Of a DNA stretch of 64,000 nt, positions 9,423 to 19,320 are shown piece after piece. Within the stretch, counting starts at the first letter, position 1. The number at the start of each line of letters is the position of its first letter. Source of the stretch: Verrucomicrobiota bacterium (lineage in GTDB: Bacteria > Verrucomicrobiota > Verrucomicrobiia > Limisphaerales > Palsa-1400). Where the stretch lies: positions 160,001 to 224,000 of the forward strand of contig JBEKYR010000003.1 of NCBI GenBank assembly GCA_049510745.1. Reading direction: 5' to 3'. A program made the translations under genes and the position numbers. The notes beneath the pieces are model-generated. The model saw nothing but the letters and a program-made list of their open reading frames with translations, had not been told where the DNA came from and did no database searches.

Positions 9423-10862
9423 ATGCCCCCCGTCGTCGCACTTCTGTTCTGTTCCGCTTTTGTCCTCTTCCTGCTTTGCGTGGACCGCCGGCAGGCGCCG
9501 GCGGCTCCCGGCAGCCTTTGGATTCCAACCATTTGGATGATGCTTTGCTCCTCCAAGCCGGTGGACCTGTGGCTGGCGGGGAGGAGCGCCGATATGGCGG
9601 AAGGCAGCGGCGTGGACCGGAATATCTTGCTTGCTTTTATAGGCGTCGGCCTCGTCGTCCTCAGCACACGCCGGTGGAATTTCCGGGCGGTCTTGCGCGC
9701 AAACCGATGGCTGCTGCTGCTCTTTGTCTATATGGCAGTAAGTCTAATATGGTCGGATTACACTTTTGTTTCCTTCAAGAGATACATCCGCCAATGGAGC
9801 ATGATTCTCATGGCGCTCATGGTCGCCACCGAGCGGGATCCCGCCAGCGCCTTTGAAACCATTGTTCGACGGACCATCTATGTCCTGATCCCATTCTCCA
9901 TCCTGCTCATCAAATACTACCCGGACTACGGCGTTGAATACGCCCGATGGACGGGCGAACGGATGTGGGTGGGGGTGACGACGCAAAAAAACGGCTTGGG
10001 CAGGTTGTGTCTTATCAGCGCCCTTTTCCTGGTGTGGACTTTTATTCGACGTTGGAAGCGGAAGGACCCGGCCGTCAAACACGAGAATATCACCACCGTC
10101 CTCGTTGCGGCCATGGTCCTCTGGCTTTTCCGGGGTCCTGGCACGGCCTATAGCGCCACCTCCATCATCTCCATGTGTATGGGCGTTGGCGTCATGCTCT
10201 ACCTTTTGAAGTCTCATATCCGCGGGCTGCCCCCTCGCATGCCGGTCTTTGCCGCCGTGGCCGCCGCGTGTATCCTTTACGGCGTCAGTGTGCCTTATCT
10301 CGGTACAATTGGGACCGCCGCCGTCACCAGCAGTCTGGGCCGGGACAGCAGTTTTACCGGGCGGACGGATATCTGGGATGAAGTGATGGTGTTCGCCAAA
10401 CAACACGCGTTTTTGGGGGTGGGCTATGGCGCCTTTTGGGTCAACAAACCCATTCACATTGAAGTGAGCGAGGCGCACAACGGTTACTTGGACGTCGCGG
10501 TTGAACTCGGATACGTCGGGGTGGCTTTATTGGCCGCCGTGTTCTTTTCCTTTTTGGGGCTGGCAAAAGAGGTGCTGAGGCGGGATTTCTATTTCGGATG
10601 TTTCGGCACTGCTTTTATGCTCGTCCTGTTGTTGCACAATATCACCGAGACAAGTTTTTTAAGGACATCCCAGATGTGGTCCACATTCGTCTTTATACAA
10701 ATCTGCTTTTCGACGATCTCCGTGAGCGAAGCCTATGCCGATGCGGCTGCCGAAGCGGAATCCAGTGACGCGGCCGGGATCGGTCAACCAATTGTCAACG
10801 AGCCTGTTCCGCGGCTGCGCTCAAGGGCTCTGGCGGCCACGGGCTTATCAATGGCGGAATGA
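9423..10862 (+). CDS. O-antigen ligase/Wzy polymerase family membrane protein
   Basis: Multiple TM segments; KNGLG, FTGRTDIW, GVGYGAFW, AHNGYLDV..ELGYVG. Confidence 0.85.
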   Translation: MPPVVALLFCSAFVLFLLCVDRRQAPAAPGSLWIPTIWMMLCSSKPVDLWLAGRSADMAEGSGVDRNILLAFIGVGLVVLSTRRWNFRAVLRANRWLLLLFVYMAVSLIWSDYTFVSFKRYIRQWSMILMALMVATERDPASAFETIVRRTIYVLIPFSILLIKYYPDYGVEYARWTGERMWVGVTTQKNGLGRLCLISALFLVWTFIRRWKRKDPAVKHENITTVLVAAMVLWLFRGPGTAYSATSIISMCMGVGVMLYLLKSHIRGLPPRMPVFAAVAAACILYGVSVPYLGTIGTAAVTSSLGRDSSFTGRTDIWDEVMVFAKQHAFLGVGYGAFWVNKPIHIEVSEAHNGYLDVAVELGYVGVALLAAVFFSFLGLAKEVLRRDFYFGCFGTAFMLVLLLHNITETSFLRTSQMWSTFVFIQICFSTISVSEAYADAAAEAESSDAAGIGQPIVNEPVPRLRSRALAATGLSMAE

Positions 10863-10871
10863 CCGGCACGT

Positions 10872-12083
10872 GTGCCTATTGGCCAAGGCGGCGCCAATTC
10901 CCAGACTCAGCTTCGCGAAAGCCAAACAGTGGAACCCCTCGACACAATCAAGAAGCCAATCTCGACTAAGAAGCGGAATCTCGACGTTCTGACGTCTTGG
11001 CGGTTTTTCGCCGCGGCGATGGTCGTTTTTTTTCATTTTGGCGCGAAGCCGTTTGCCGCCGGTCCGGAAGTCCTCCTCCGCATCATTAAGAACGGCTATC
11101 AGGCCGTCAGCTTCTTTTTTATCCTCTCCGGTTTCGTTTTAGTTTACACTTATTATGATCCCGCCTCCCACACTGGAATGAACACCACCCCGCGGCGTTT
11201 CTGGCTCGCCCGTTTCGCCCGAATCTATCCAGTTTACGCTCTCGCCCTGGTCCTGGCGTTGCCTGTCTTTCTCTGGACAGCACTCTCCAAAAAATCCATG
11301 TCTCCGCTGGAAATCGGCCTCACGTTGAGTTTGGCGCCAGCGCTTCTGCAAGCGTGGGTTCCGCCCATTTGCCTGGCTTGGAATATACCGGCATGGTCGC
11401 TTTCTGTGGAAGCTTTCTTTTACCTTCTGTTCCCATGGTTGGCCTCAACCATGCTTCGATGGAAGACCCATTCGCTTCTTATCACGTCTGCGGTGATTGC
11501 GATTTCGGTCCATGCCTTGCAGCATTGCGTTTTCCCGTTGGCGGAGACCGGTGCGCCGGGTCCGGTGGCGACCAGCAGCCATCATTTTTTTGCTTATTCT
11601 CCTATCTTTCATCTTGCGACGTTTGTCTTTGGCATGGCGTTGGGCAGAGCTTACTTGAGGATTTCGACGCAAGATCGGAATTCAGCTTTTTTCAATACGC
11701 TCATGATCGCCAGTCTGGCTTCAATTTGCATCCTGCTCTCTCTCCATGGCCTAATAAGACCTGTCTTCCTGTCGGACACCGTCATGGTGCCGATTTATGG
11801 ATGTCTCATTTTTTCATCTGCGCATTGCTCCGGGATGCTTGAGGCCGTTTTGGGCAATCGATGCTTGGTGGCCTTGGGAAACGCAAGTTATGGCATCTAT
11901 ATTATTCATCACCCCGTGGGTTGGTGGTTAAGCATCTGTTTGAGGCCGCTCTATAACCGTCATGCCATTTGGTGGTTCGCTTTGTATTTTGCCGTCGTCG
12001 TCGGCGCCAGTCTCTTCATTCACAAATACTTTGAAATGCCGCTGAAAAACAAATGCCTGACACGATTTGCTCCAAAAAAGTGA
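10872..12083 (+). CDS. Acyltransferase family 3 (OafA-like) membrane O-acyltransferase
   Basis: RFFAAAMVVFFH, VSFFFILSGF, RFARIYP, WSLSVEAFFY, SYGIYIIH. Confidence 0.9.
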   Translation: MPIGQGGANSQTQLRESQTVEPLDTIKKPISTKKRNLDVLTSWRFFAAAMVVFFHFGAKPFAAGPEVLLRIIKNGYQAVSFFFILSGFVLVYTYYDPASHTGMNTTPRRFWLARFARIYPVYALALVLALPVFLWTALSKKSMSPLEIGLTLSLAPALLQAWVPPICLAWNIPAWSLSVEAFFYLLFPWLASTMLRWKTHSLLITSAVIAISVHALQHCVFPLAETGAPGPVATSSHHFFAYSPIFHLATFVFGMALGRAYLRISTQDRNSAFFNTLMIASLASICILLSLHGLIRPVFLSDTVMVPIYGCLIFSSAHCSGMLEAVLGNRCLVALGNASYGIYIIHHPVGWWLSICLRPLYNRHAIWWFALYFAVVVGASLFIHKYFEMPLKNKCLTRFAPKK

Positions 12084-12370
12084 AACGGTATCCGGGCGAT
12101 CATCCGCATGCACGAAAGCCGGTCTGAGCGCGTCCTCTCTTGTGATGTTGAGCGCTGGCAGCGCTCGCCGGGTTTGCACCGGGCAGTGGCGCTTGCATGC
12201 GTTGACCATTTTGCCGGCACTCTTAACCGTGTTTCCCGGGGATCGCGCTTCTTCCAACCCACTGGCCGTGGATCGCCTTGGCTGCCGCGTGGCGCTGGCG
12301 TTTGCAGGATGAACAGGCAGGAACAAGAAAGCGACGGTCAAAAGCAGTCCGCGTCTTGGGATTTGACTGT

Positions 12371-12386
12371 TGGCACGTGATGTGCT
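12371..12386 (+). promoter_or_regulatory. Sigma54 (-24/-12) promoter
   Basis: TGGCACG-TGAT-GTGCT with correct GG-N10-GC spacing, just upstream of ATG 12410. Confidence 0.7.
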
Positions 12387-12409
12387 GTAATATCAAGATT
12401 GACGAATAT

Positions 12410-14416
12410 ATGAAACAGAACCAGCATTCGGGAGCGGGACGGAAAACAGGCGGAGTGAATTGCCGTCTTTTGCGGCCGCTGGCGGCATTTCCTCTTTCAC
12501 TGCTGTTGCTGCTGGCTGTCCCAGGCGAGACGAGAGCGAATATCATACAGGCGGCGAGCCTTGCGCTCTCCGATGTTCAGGCGGCGGTCAATTCCGCGAA
12601 CAATGGAGACACGGTGGTCCTTCCCGCGGGAACCGCCAATTGGGCCAACTATTGCGGTGTGACCAACAAAGGCATTACCATACAAGGAGCGGGAAGCGCT
12701 CTCACAGTCATAACCAATACCCAGAAAAGCAATGGAAATACGGCGAACGGCTGTGTGCTTATCGTCAGTCTTGCTCCAAACCTGATGACTCGGATAACGG
12801 GCATCGGGTTTGACGGAAGCACAACGGCGAACGGGATTTACATCCTTGGCCCTGAGTGGGGATTCTTTCAGGTGGATAATTGTTCGTTTGCTCATTTTTT
12901 TGCTACTGCCATCCAACCCTGTACTCTAACCGGACTGATTAACTCCTGCACTTTTATAGACGATGTTATGCCGATTGAGGTCACGCCGACAAGCTATCAG
13001 AACGACTCGTTTTTGCAGCCCCTGAGTTTGGGGACAACCAATTGTGTTGTGACGGAGAACTGTGTTTTTCTCACTTATAATTCCAGTTGGTACAGAACCC
13101 CCACAACCGGAGCCTCTTTTTCCCAAGGCAACGGTTCCAGGACTGTTTTCCGATATAACACCTGGACCAATTTTAACACCAACCTGAGTTTTTATCCGAT
13201 TCTCGACGCGCATGGAAACATGCTGCCGGTCTCGAACAGCGTGACTGGATGGACGCCGTCAACCGCTGTCGGAACCAATTATGGCGGCGGACGAGGGACG
13301 CGTCAGTTTGAAGTGTACGGCAACCTTTTTGTTTCGCCCGCGCCCACCGTTGACCGGCTGGTCCACCTTCGCGGTGGAACCTGCCTCGTTTATTCCAACA
13401 CCTATATCGGGAGATACATGAACACTTTCTTTTATATGCAGGAAGAGGACGGCCCTTCGCGGTGGACCAATCTGGTCACCTATCAAGGCTACGACCAGCA
13501 TTGGCTTAACATCTGGGCCAACATCGTCAATGGAAACCTATGCACGAATGTCGGTTATTCGGCGTCAAGCGATGCCGCGTTTATTCTCCCCGGAACCAAC
13601 CTTTTCTGGAGCCCCACGCCGTTGGCCAATCCTGAGATGACAAGTTATACCCCGCTGGTTTATCCCCATCCGTTGGCGGCGGCGCAAGCGCCCCCAGCCC
13701 CTCCTGCCGCGCCGACAAATCTGCGCATCCTCGGACAGGCGCAACCGCCGCCGCCAACGCCGCCGCCTGTTACGAACGTGACGAGCGGGCTTGAACTCTG
13801 GTGGACTTTCGACGCCGGCAGCGGCGCCACAGCCATCGATTCCAGCACCAACGGCAACACCGGAACCTTGTACGGTTCGCCGGCCTGGACGACCGGCATC
13901 ATAAGCAACTGCTTGAGTTTCACCGGGTCATCGTCACAGTATTGCAGCATCGCCAGCGCCCCCGTGAGCGCCCCTCCAATGACCCTTTGCGCCTGGATCA
14001 ACACGACATCCACGGGCAGCAATTACATAGCGGGGGAATGGCACACCGGAGGCGGCAGTTACAACTGTTATGCCATTTCTATAAATGCCGGCAACATCGC
14101 CGCATGTGAGTTTTCCGGCAACTCCGGCACTTTCGACGTTTCACCGTCCACTTACAACGACGGCAAGTGGCATCATGTTGCCGCCGTCTGGTCATCCAGC
14201 TCCTTGGTTGTGCTCTATGTGGACGGAAATCCGGTTCAAACCGGCATGTTTATGACCCCGCCTTCCGTTTCCATGCAGGCGTTTGCCGTCGGGTGCGCTG
14301 CGACAACCACACAAAGTCAATATCTGACAGGCGAGGTTGATGATGTGCGCCTGTATAACCGCGCCCTCTCAGCCGGCGAGGTCGCCAATCTTTATAACCT
14401 GACAACAATATGGTGA
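12410..14416 (+). CDS. Secreted protein: pectin-lyase-like beta-helix region, Pro-rich linker, C-terminal LamG-like jelly-roll
   Basis: Signal peptide; SDVQAAVNSANNGDTVVLPAG beta-helix cap; PPAPPAAP linker; WWTFDAG..DGKWHHVAAVW..LYVDG..GEVDDVRLYNRALS (LamG). Confidence 0.75.
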   Translation: MKQNQHSGAGRKTGGVNCRLLRPLAAFPLSLLLLLAVPGETRANIIQAASLALSDVQAAVNSANNGDTVVLPAGTANWANYCGVTNKGITIQGAGSALTVITNTQKSNGNTANGCVLIVSLAPNLMTRITGIGFDGSTTANGIYILGPEWGFFQVDNCSFAHFFATAIQPCTLTGLINSCTFIDDVMPIEVTPTSYQNDSFLQPLSLGTTNCVVTENCVFLTYNSSWYRTPTTGASFSQGNGSRTVFRYNTWTNFNTNLSFYPILDAHGNMLPVSNSVTGWTPSTAVGTNYGGGRGTRQFEVYGNLFVSPAPTVDRLVHLRGGTCLVYSNTYIGRYMNTFFYMQEEDGPSRWTNLVTYQGYDQHWLNIWANIVNGNLCTNVGYSASSDAAFILPGTNLFWSPTPLANPEMTSYTPLVYPHPLAAAQAPPAPPAAPTNLRILGQAQPPPPTPPPVTNVTSGLELWWTFDAGSGATAIDSSTNGNTGTLYGSPAWTTGIISNCLSFTGSSSQYCSIASAPVSAPPMTLCAWINTTSTGSNYIAGEWHTGGGSYNCYAISINAGNIAACEFSGNSGTFDVSPSTYNDGKWHHVAAVWSSSSLVVLYVDGNPVQTGMFMTPPSVSMQAFAVGCAATTTQSQYLTGEVDDVRLYNRALSAGEVANLYNLTTIW

Positions 14417-14464
14417 GGGAACCCCTCCTTTCAATCCCCTTCTCAGACGCCAAAGAGACGCGCC

Positions 14465-15436
14465 ATGATGCAAAACTTTGTTCATCCAAACACCAAAGCG
14501 CCTCTTCAGAGCGATTCTGAAGGCAATTTCTTCTGTTTGGCAGACAACAAACGCATCGTTCATCAGTGTCACGACGGCTGCTGTGACTTTGTCACGGCCA
14601 GTTCCGATGTGCGGCAGGCCAGAGAGGCCTATGACGAAGCCTATGCGCGCGCGCACACGCCTTTTTTGACCGAAGCGGCGGTGACAGAGGCTTGGCACGA
14701 TAAAACCGTGCCGTGGCGGAAAACCATGCTCCAGAGTCTGGGGCCGCTTTCCGGCCGCCGGGTGCTGCTTCTGGGCAACGGCGCTTCCTTCAAGGAGTTT
14801 TACTTTCTTCTCCTTGGCGCTCGGGTTGTGTTCACCGACATCTCACTCGTCGCCGCCCGCGAGGCCCAGACCCAGTTCCGCCAATCGGAGCTTTTCCAAA
14901 AGTATCAGGATTCCATTGCATTTCACGCGGTGGACGCCATGCGCCTGCCCTTTCCAGACCAATCCTTTGACGTCATTTACGGCGCAAAGTTCGCGGGCTT
15001 TCTCCCTGGTATTCCGGATTTTCTGGCGGAAGTGCGGCGCTGTTTGAAACCGGGGGGGATTTGTAGATTCGGTGATGATGCTGCTTCGCCAGCTTGGGAA
15101 GCCGTCAGACGCACCGTCGTGCTTCCGGTGAAGGCTCTCCGCAAGTCCAGGACTTCCTTGGACACGGTCCGGTCCGCTTCCGGCTTTGGCATCAGCCAGG
15201 AAACCTTGACCCCCTTCGTCGGGCCGTCTGGTTTCAGCCGGCTCGTGTTCATCCGCGAGTTTTTTTTCCTGCGCGTCGCGCAATTGTTTTTCGGCAAGCT
15301 GTTCAATTGGGACCCCAAAAAACTGCGCTGCGCCAGGCCGGTTTACTTCATGCTAAAATGGATCGATGATTGTCTTGCAAATACGGCGTGGATGCGCCGG
15401 AATTCGTTGGCGCTGACCTGGGGATTTGACCGTTAA
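14465..15436 (+). CDS. Class I SAM-dependent methyltransferase
   Basis: VLLLGNG motif I variant, FTDIS, DAMRLPFPDQSFDVI, EVRRCLKPGG. Confidence 0.85.
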   Translation: MMQNFVHPNTKAPLQSDSEGNFFCLADNKRIVHQCHDGCCDFVTASSDVRQAREAYDEAYARAHTPFLTEAAVTEAWHDKTVPWRKTMLQSLGPLSGRRVLLLGNGASFKEFYFLLLGARVVFTDISLVAAREAQTQFRQSELFQKYQDSIAFHAVDAMRLPFPDQSFDVIYGAKFAGFLPGIPDFLAEVRRCLKPGGICRFGDDAASPAWEAVRRTVVLPVKALRKSRTSLDTVRSASGFGISQETLTPFVGPSGFSRLVFIREFFFLRVAQLFFGKLFNWDPKKLRCARPVYFMLKWIDDCLANTAWMRRNSLALTWGFDR

Positions 15437-15515
15437 CAACGAAGCTGCCGGCGACGGCGACGCCCTTGAACCGGGATGTCCTATTGCAACAGCCGGGCGA
15501 GATCCCAGTCCATTA

Positions 15516-17000
15516 ATGGTTTCCACCACGACACCGAAGGAGGTTGAACTCAAGCGGGTTTCCGCTCTGGGAGGGGCTCACACCGTCCTGGCCCAAGGTG
15601 TCTGTTACGCGGCCCAAATGGTGAGCACGGTCATTTTGGCCCGGCTCTTGACTCCAAGGGATTTTGGACTGGTGGCGCTGGTGACTTCCATCACGTCGAT
15701 GTTGGGCTATTTTGGAGTCGATTTGGGCCTGACGGACGCGACGATTCAAAGAAAGGACCTGACACGCGCTCAATCGAACGGCCTTTTTTGGATCAGTGTT
15801 TGTTCCGGCGGATTTTTTGCGCTGGCCACCTGCGCGAGCGCTCCGGCGCTGGCCTGGTTTTACAGGGAACCCCGGCTGGTGCTGATTTCGGTCGCTATCG
15901 CCCCCTCGTTCGTTTTTCAAGGCGTGGCCGTCCAACATCTGGCGCTGTTGAGCAGGGAAATGCGATTCGGAACCGTGGCAATGATCCAATCCGTTTCCAT
16001 CGTGGGCGGGGCGGTCGTGGCCATTGGGGCGGCCTTGTTGGGAGCGGGCTATTGGTCTCTGGTGGCTCAACCGGTGGTCGCCGCCCTAGGCTCCGCTCTC
16101 GCCGCGTGGTCGTTGAACCGCTGGCGGCCCGGTCTCCCTACACGCGGGGTCGGATTGCGCTCCTTTCTCCACTTCGGGCGCAATGTGACGATGTTCAACT
16201 TTCTGAACCAGTTCGCGCGCAGTTTCGACAAAATCGTCATCGGCCGCATTTGCGGCGCGGCGGCCCTGGGGTATTACACCCGGGCCGCCTACCTGCTCTT
16301 GCTGCCGCTGGGCCAGGTCATTTTGCCGTTTGGAAAGGTTCTGGTGCCCGTGTTGAGCCGGTTGCAGGATGACCGGGAGCGGTTTCGAAACTATTTCTGC
16401 AAGGCGCTCAATGCCGCCGCCTTCGGCATTTTTATTCCCGTGGCGGCGTTGATGGCGCTGTCGGATGATGTCATTCTTGTCCTTTTGGGGCCTGCTTGGA
16501 AGGAAAGCGCCTTGCTTTTCAAGGTGCTGGCGCTTTCGGCCCTGACCCAACCGCTTTTCAGCGCTGTCACCTGGGTCGCGACCGCCCAGGGCAAGACGCG
16601 GGAAATGCGCCAATGGTCGCTGGTCAGTGCGCCGCTCATCTGCGCGGCCTTCCTGGTCGGCGCCAAGTGGGGCGTGGTCGGCGTTGCCGCCAGTTACACC
16701 GTGACCTCCTACACCATCCAGGCCTTTGGTCTGAACTACCTTTTGGGCGGCACACCCATAAACTCCAGGACCATCCTCGCCTCGGTCTGGCGGCCGGCTT
16801 TCATCAGTGCGCTGGTGTTTTTGGGGGCTTCGCTCTGCAGCCATTGGACCGCAGCCAGCGGGCCGCTGCTTCGCATTATCATCGCCTCGTTATTTGGATT
16901 TCTCCTGGCGGCGGGGGCCGTCGCGAGCTGGCCATCCGCCCGGAAAGAAGTGATGGGATTGTGGGCCACGTTCAAACTTCTGCGGAGCCCGTCAACATGA
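15516..17000 (+). CDS. wzx: Wzx/PST-family polysaccharide flippase
   Basis: ILARLLTPRDFGLVA, DLGLTDATIQ, many TM helices, ALGYYTRA. Confidence 0.9.
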   Translation: MVSTTTPKEVELKRVSALGGAHTVLAQGVCYAAQMVSTVILARLLTPRDFGLVALVTSITSMLGYFGVDLGLTDATIQRKDLTRAQSNGLFWISVCSGGFFALATCASAPALAWFYREPRLVLISVAIAPSFVFQGVAVQHLALLSREMRFGTVAMIQSVSIVGGAVVAIGAALLGAGYWSLVAQPVVAALGSALAAWSLNRWRPGLPTRGVGLRSFLHFGRNVTMFNFLNQFARSFDKIVIGRICGAAALGYYTRAAYLLLLPLGQVILPFGKVLVPVLSRLQDDRERFRNYFCKALNAAAFGIFIPVAALMALSDDVILVLLGPAWKESALLFKVLALSALTQPLFSAVTWVATAQGKTREMRQWSLVSAPLICAAFLVGAKWGVVGVAASYTVTSYTIQAFGLNYLLGGTPINSRTILASVWRPAFISALVFLGASLCSHWTAASGPLLRIIIASLFGFLLAAGAVASWPSARKEVMGLWATFKLLRSPST

Positions 17001-17046
17001 TTCACAACCCGCCTTCCCTCGCGGGGCGGACAACCAAGATTATTGC

Positions 17047-18600
17047 ATGGACCAGATTAAATTTTTCCGACGCAGGCAGTTTCTTCTCGCCCCCACGGAA
17101 TCCGCCTTTCCCGGCTGGCTTCGCTACGACGCGGGCCATGGCTATAAGCTCTTTGTTCATCCAGATTTGCCTGTCGTCCAGGTGGCCAATGCGGGCAATC
17201 GGTTGACGATGGCCGGATACTGCATCGATCCTCTGCGCCCGGAGATCCCCGAAGCGGCCCTTCTGGCCGGGATACTGGCCAAGACCTCGCAGTGGGCCGA
17301 TGTGCCGCCTCTCATCGAGGGATTAACCGGCCGCTTTGTGCTGATCTTTCAAATCCAGGCAAACACCTGGCTTTTCCACGATGCGGTGGCGATGCGCCAG
17401 GTCAACTACGCGCAGGACAAGATGGGGGAAACATGGTGCGCCTCACAAGCGGAGACCTTGGCCGAACGATTGGGGTTCGAATTGGATCCGGAGGTCATCA
17501 GCTTCAAGAACTTGCCTGTATTTACAGAAAACCGGGCCGAATTCTGGCTGCTCAATGACCGGACCCCGTACCGGGAAGTGCGCAATTTGCTCCCCAATCA
17601 CTTTTTGGACCTCTCCACCGGGTGCGCGCGCCGCTATTGGCCGGTGCCCGGCTGCATCAAGCCGCTATCCGTCAGTGAGAGCATCGAAGCCTGCACTCCC
17701 ATTTTAAAAAACTCAATCAAGGCGGCCGCCAACCGGTTTGATTTGAGGATGGGGTGTTCGGCGGGCATTGACAGCCGCAAGACCCTGGCCGCAACCAGGG
17801 GCATTAGCGACAAAATCTATTACTTCTCCCATGCGCCTGCCGAGACGGCCCTTGACGTCAACGACGTTCTGGTGCCGGCGCGGCTGTTGCCCAAACTGGG
17901 AATCGTCCACCACAACCTGGGATGGAAGCCCATGACGGACATCTTCAGAAAATACTTCGAAGCCAGCGCCACCTTCGCGCGGGAGAAGAAGGGGAACATA
18001 GCCCATGTCATCTTTGACTCGTTCGGACCCGAGGCCACGGTGTTGAACAGCAACATCAGCGAGGTGGCTCAGTGCATTTACTGGCTGCCCAAGAACGGGG
18101 TCAACGGCGAAAATCTCGCCATTTTGAGCGGCTTGAAGCATCCCTTCGCCATCACCGAGTTTCAAAAGTGGGTGGACGGCGCCCTTTCCCCGTGTCAAGC
18201 CGCCAATCTCGACATCCTGGCCCTGTTCTTTCTGGAACAGAGGATGGGGCGCTGGTGCATGGCCGCTTTTGCCGAATATGATATCGCCCACGAAACCTTC
18301 AATCCCTACAATAACAGGCACCTTCACTGCCTGATGCTCGGAGTGGACGAGCGTCATCGCCGGGACCGCCGCTGGGACGTTTCTCTTCAACACATCCGTT
18401 CCATGTGGCCCGAAGTGCTGCAACTGCCGATCAATCCCCAGGACCGGTTTGGCGCAAAAATCCAGCAGTTCCTCAGGAGATTTGTCGTTCATAAGATCGT
18501 TACCCCGTACGCGCCTTTTTACCAATACTTGCGCTTCGCCAAGCGGCGCCGGCGGTTCAGAAAGGCGCCGGCCTTCTCACCGGAAACCCGGCCTCTGTGA
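17047..18600 (+). CDS. Asparagine-synthetase-like protein (PP-loop), probable polysaccharide modification
   Basis: GRFVLI..LFHDAVAMRQVNY Ntn-like segment and CSAGIDSR resembling the SGGLDS PP-loop. Confidence 0.55.
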   Translation: MDQIKFFRRRQFLLAPTESAFPGWLRYDAGHGYKLFVHPDLPVVQVANAGNRLTMAGYCIDPLRPEIPEAALLAGILAKTSQWADVPPLIEGLTGRFVLIFQIQANTWLFHDAVAMRQVNYAQDKMGETWCASQAETLAERLGFELDPEVISFKNLPVFTENRAEFWLLNDRTPYREVRNLLPNHFLDLSTGCARRYWPVPGCIKPLSVSESIEACTPILKNSIKAAANRFDLRMGCSAGIDSRKTLAATRGISDKIYYFSHAPAETALDVNDVLVPARLLPKLGIVHHNLGWKPMTDIFRKYFEASATFAREKKGNIAHVIFDSFGPEATVLNSNISEVAQCIYWLPKNGVNGENLAILSGLKHPFAITEFQKWVDGALSPCQAANLDILALFFLEQRMGRWCMAAFAEYDIAHETFNPYNNRHLHCLMLGVDERHRRDRRWDVSLQHIRSMWPEVLQLPINPQDRFGAKIQQFLRRFVVHKIVTPYAPFYQYLRFAKRRRRFRKAPAFSPETRPL

Positions 18601-18615
18601 TCACGGCACAATCCT

Positions 18616-19311
18616 TTGACCTCTGAATCGTCAACCCCGTCGGATCGGCGCCTGGGCGGACTCCTGGTCCGCAGACCCAGGTGGGGACTGGCCGCGCGGA
18701 CAAAATGGTTGCTCCTGGCTGCTGTCCTGGGCTGTGTGTTTCTGGTCAGATTCGCTCTTTTTCCATTCCTTTCCATCACCAGTCCGGTGCATGCAGAGTA
18801 CCTTGTCGTGGAAGGCTGGGTTCCGGTTCCAGGCCTGAGAGTCGCGATTCAAACCCTGAAATCGGATGGCTACCGCAAGATTCTGACCGCCGGCTGTCTG
18901 GTCCGCGACGAATGGGAGCCGCAAGCCAAGGTGACCTATGCGGATTGGGCGGCCTCCAAGTTGCGCCGGCTGGGGCTTTCTCCGGATTTGGTGACGGCGG
19001 TCCCCTGCCTGGTCGAGAAAAAGGACAGAACGTTCTTTTCCGCGCTGGCGATCAAGAACTGGCTGCAAACGAACCAAATCGCGATTGACCGCCTCGACGT
19101 TCTGACCGTCGGGGCGCACGCCCGTCGAACGCGCCTGCTTTACGAGAGGGCCTTTGGGCCTGCCGTCAGAATTGGGATCATCGACGCGCCGGACCCGGAT
19201 TATGACTCCATGCATTGGTGGCGGTCCAGCGAGGGCGTTCGCGAAGTGTTGGGAGAGGGCATTGCCTACTTGTATGCGAGAATACTTTTCCACCCGGATT
19301 TATCCGCGTAA
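18616..19311 (+). CDS. YdcF/DUF218 (ElyC/SanA-like) protein
   Basis: N-terminal TM, LVVEGW, RTFFSA, HARRT, WWRSSEG..E motifs. Confidence 0.75.
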   Translation: MTSESSTPSDRRLGGLLVRRPRWGLAARTKWLLLAAVLGCVFLVRFALFPFLSITSPVHAEYLVVEGWVPVPGLRVAIQTLKSDGYRKILTAGCLVRDEWEPQAKVTYADWAASKLRRLGLSPDLVTAVPCLVEKKDRTFFSALAIKNWLQTNQIAIDRLDVLTVGAHARRTRLLYERAFGPAVRIGIIDAPDPDYDSMHWWRSSEGVREVLGEGIAYLYARILFHPDLSA

Positions 19312-19320
19312 ACTCTCGCG

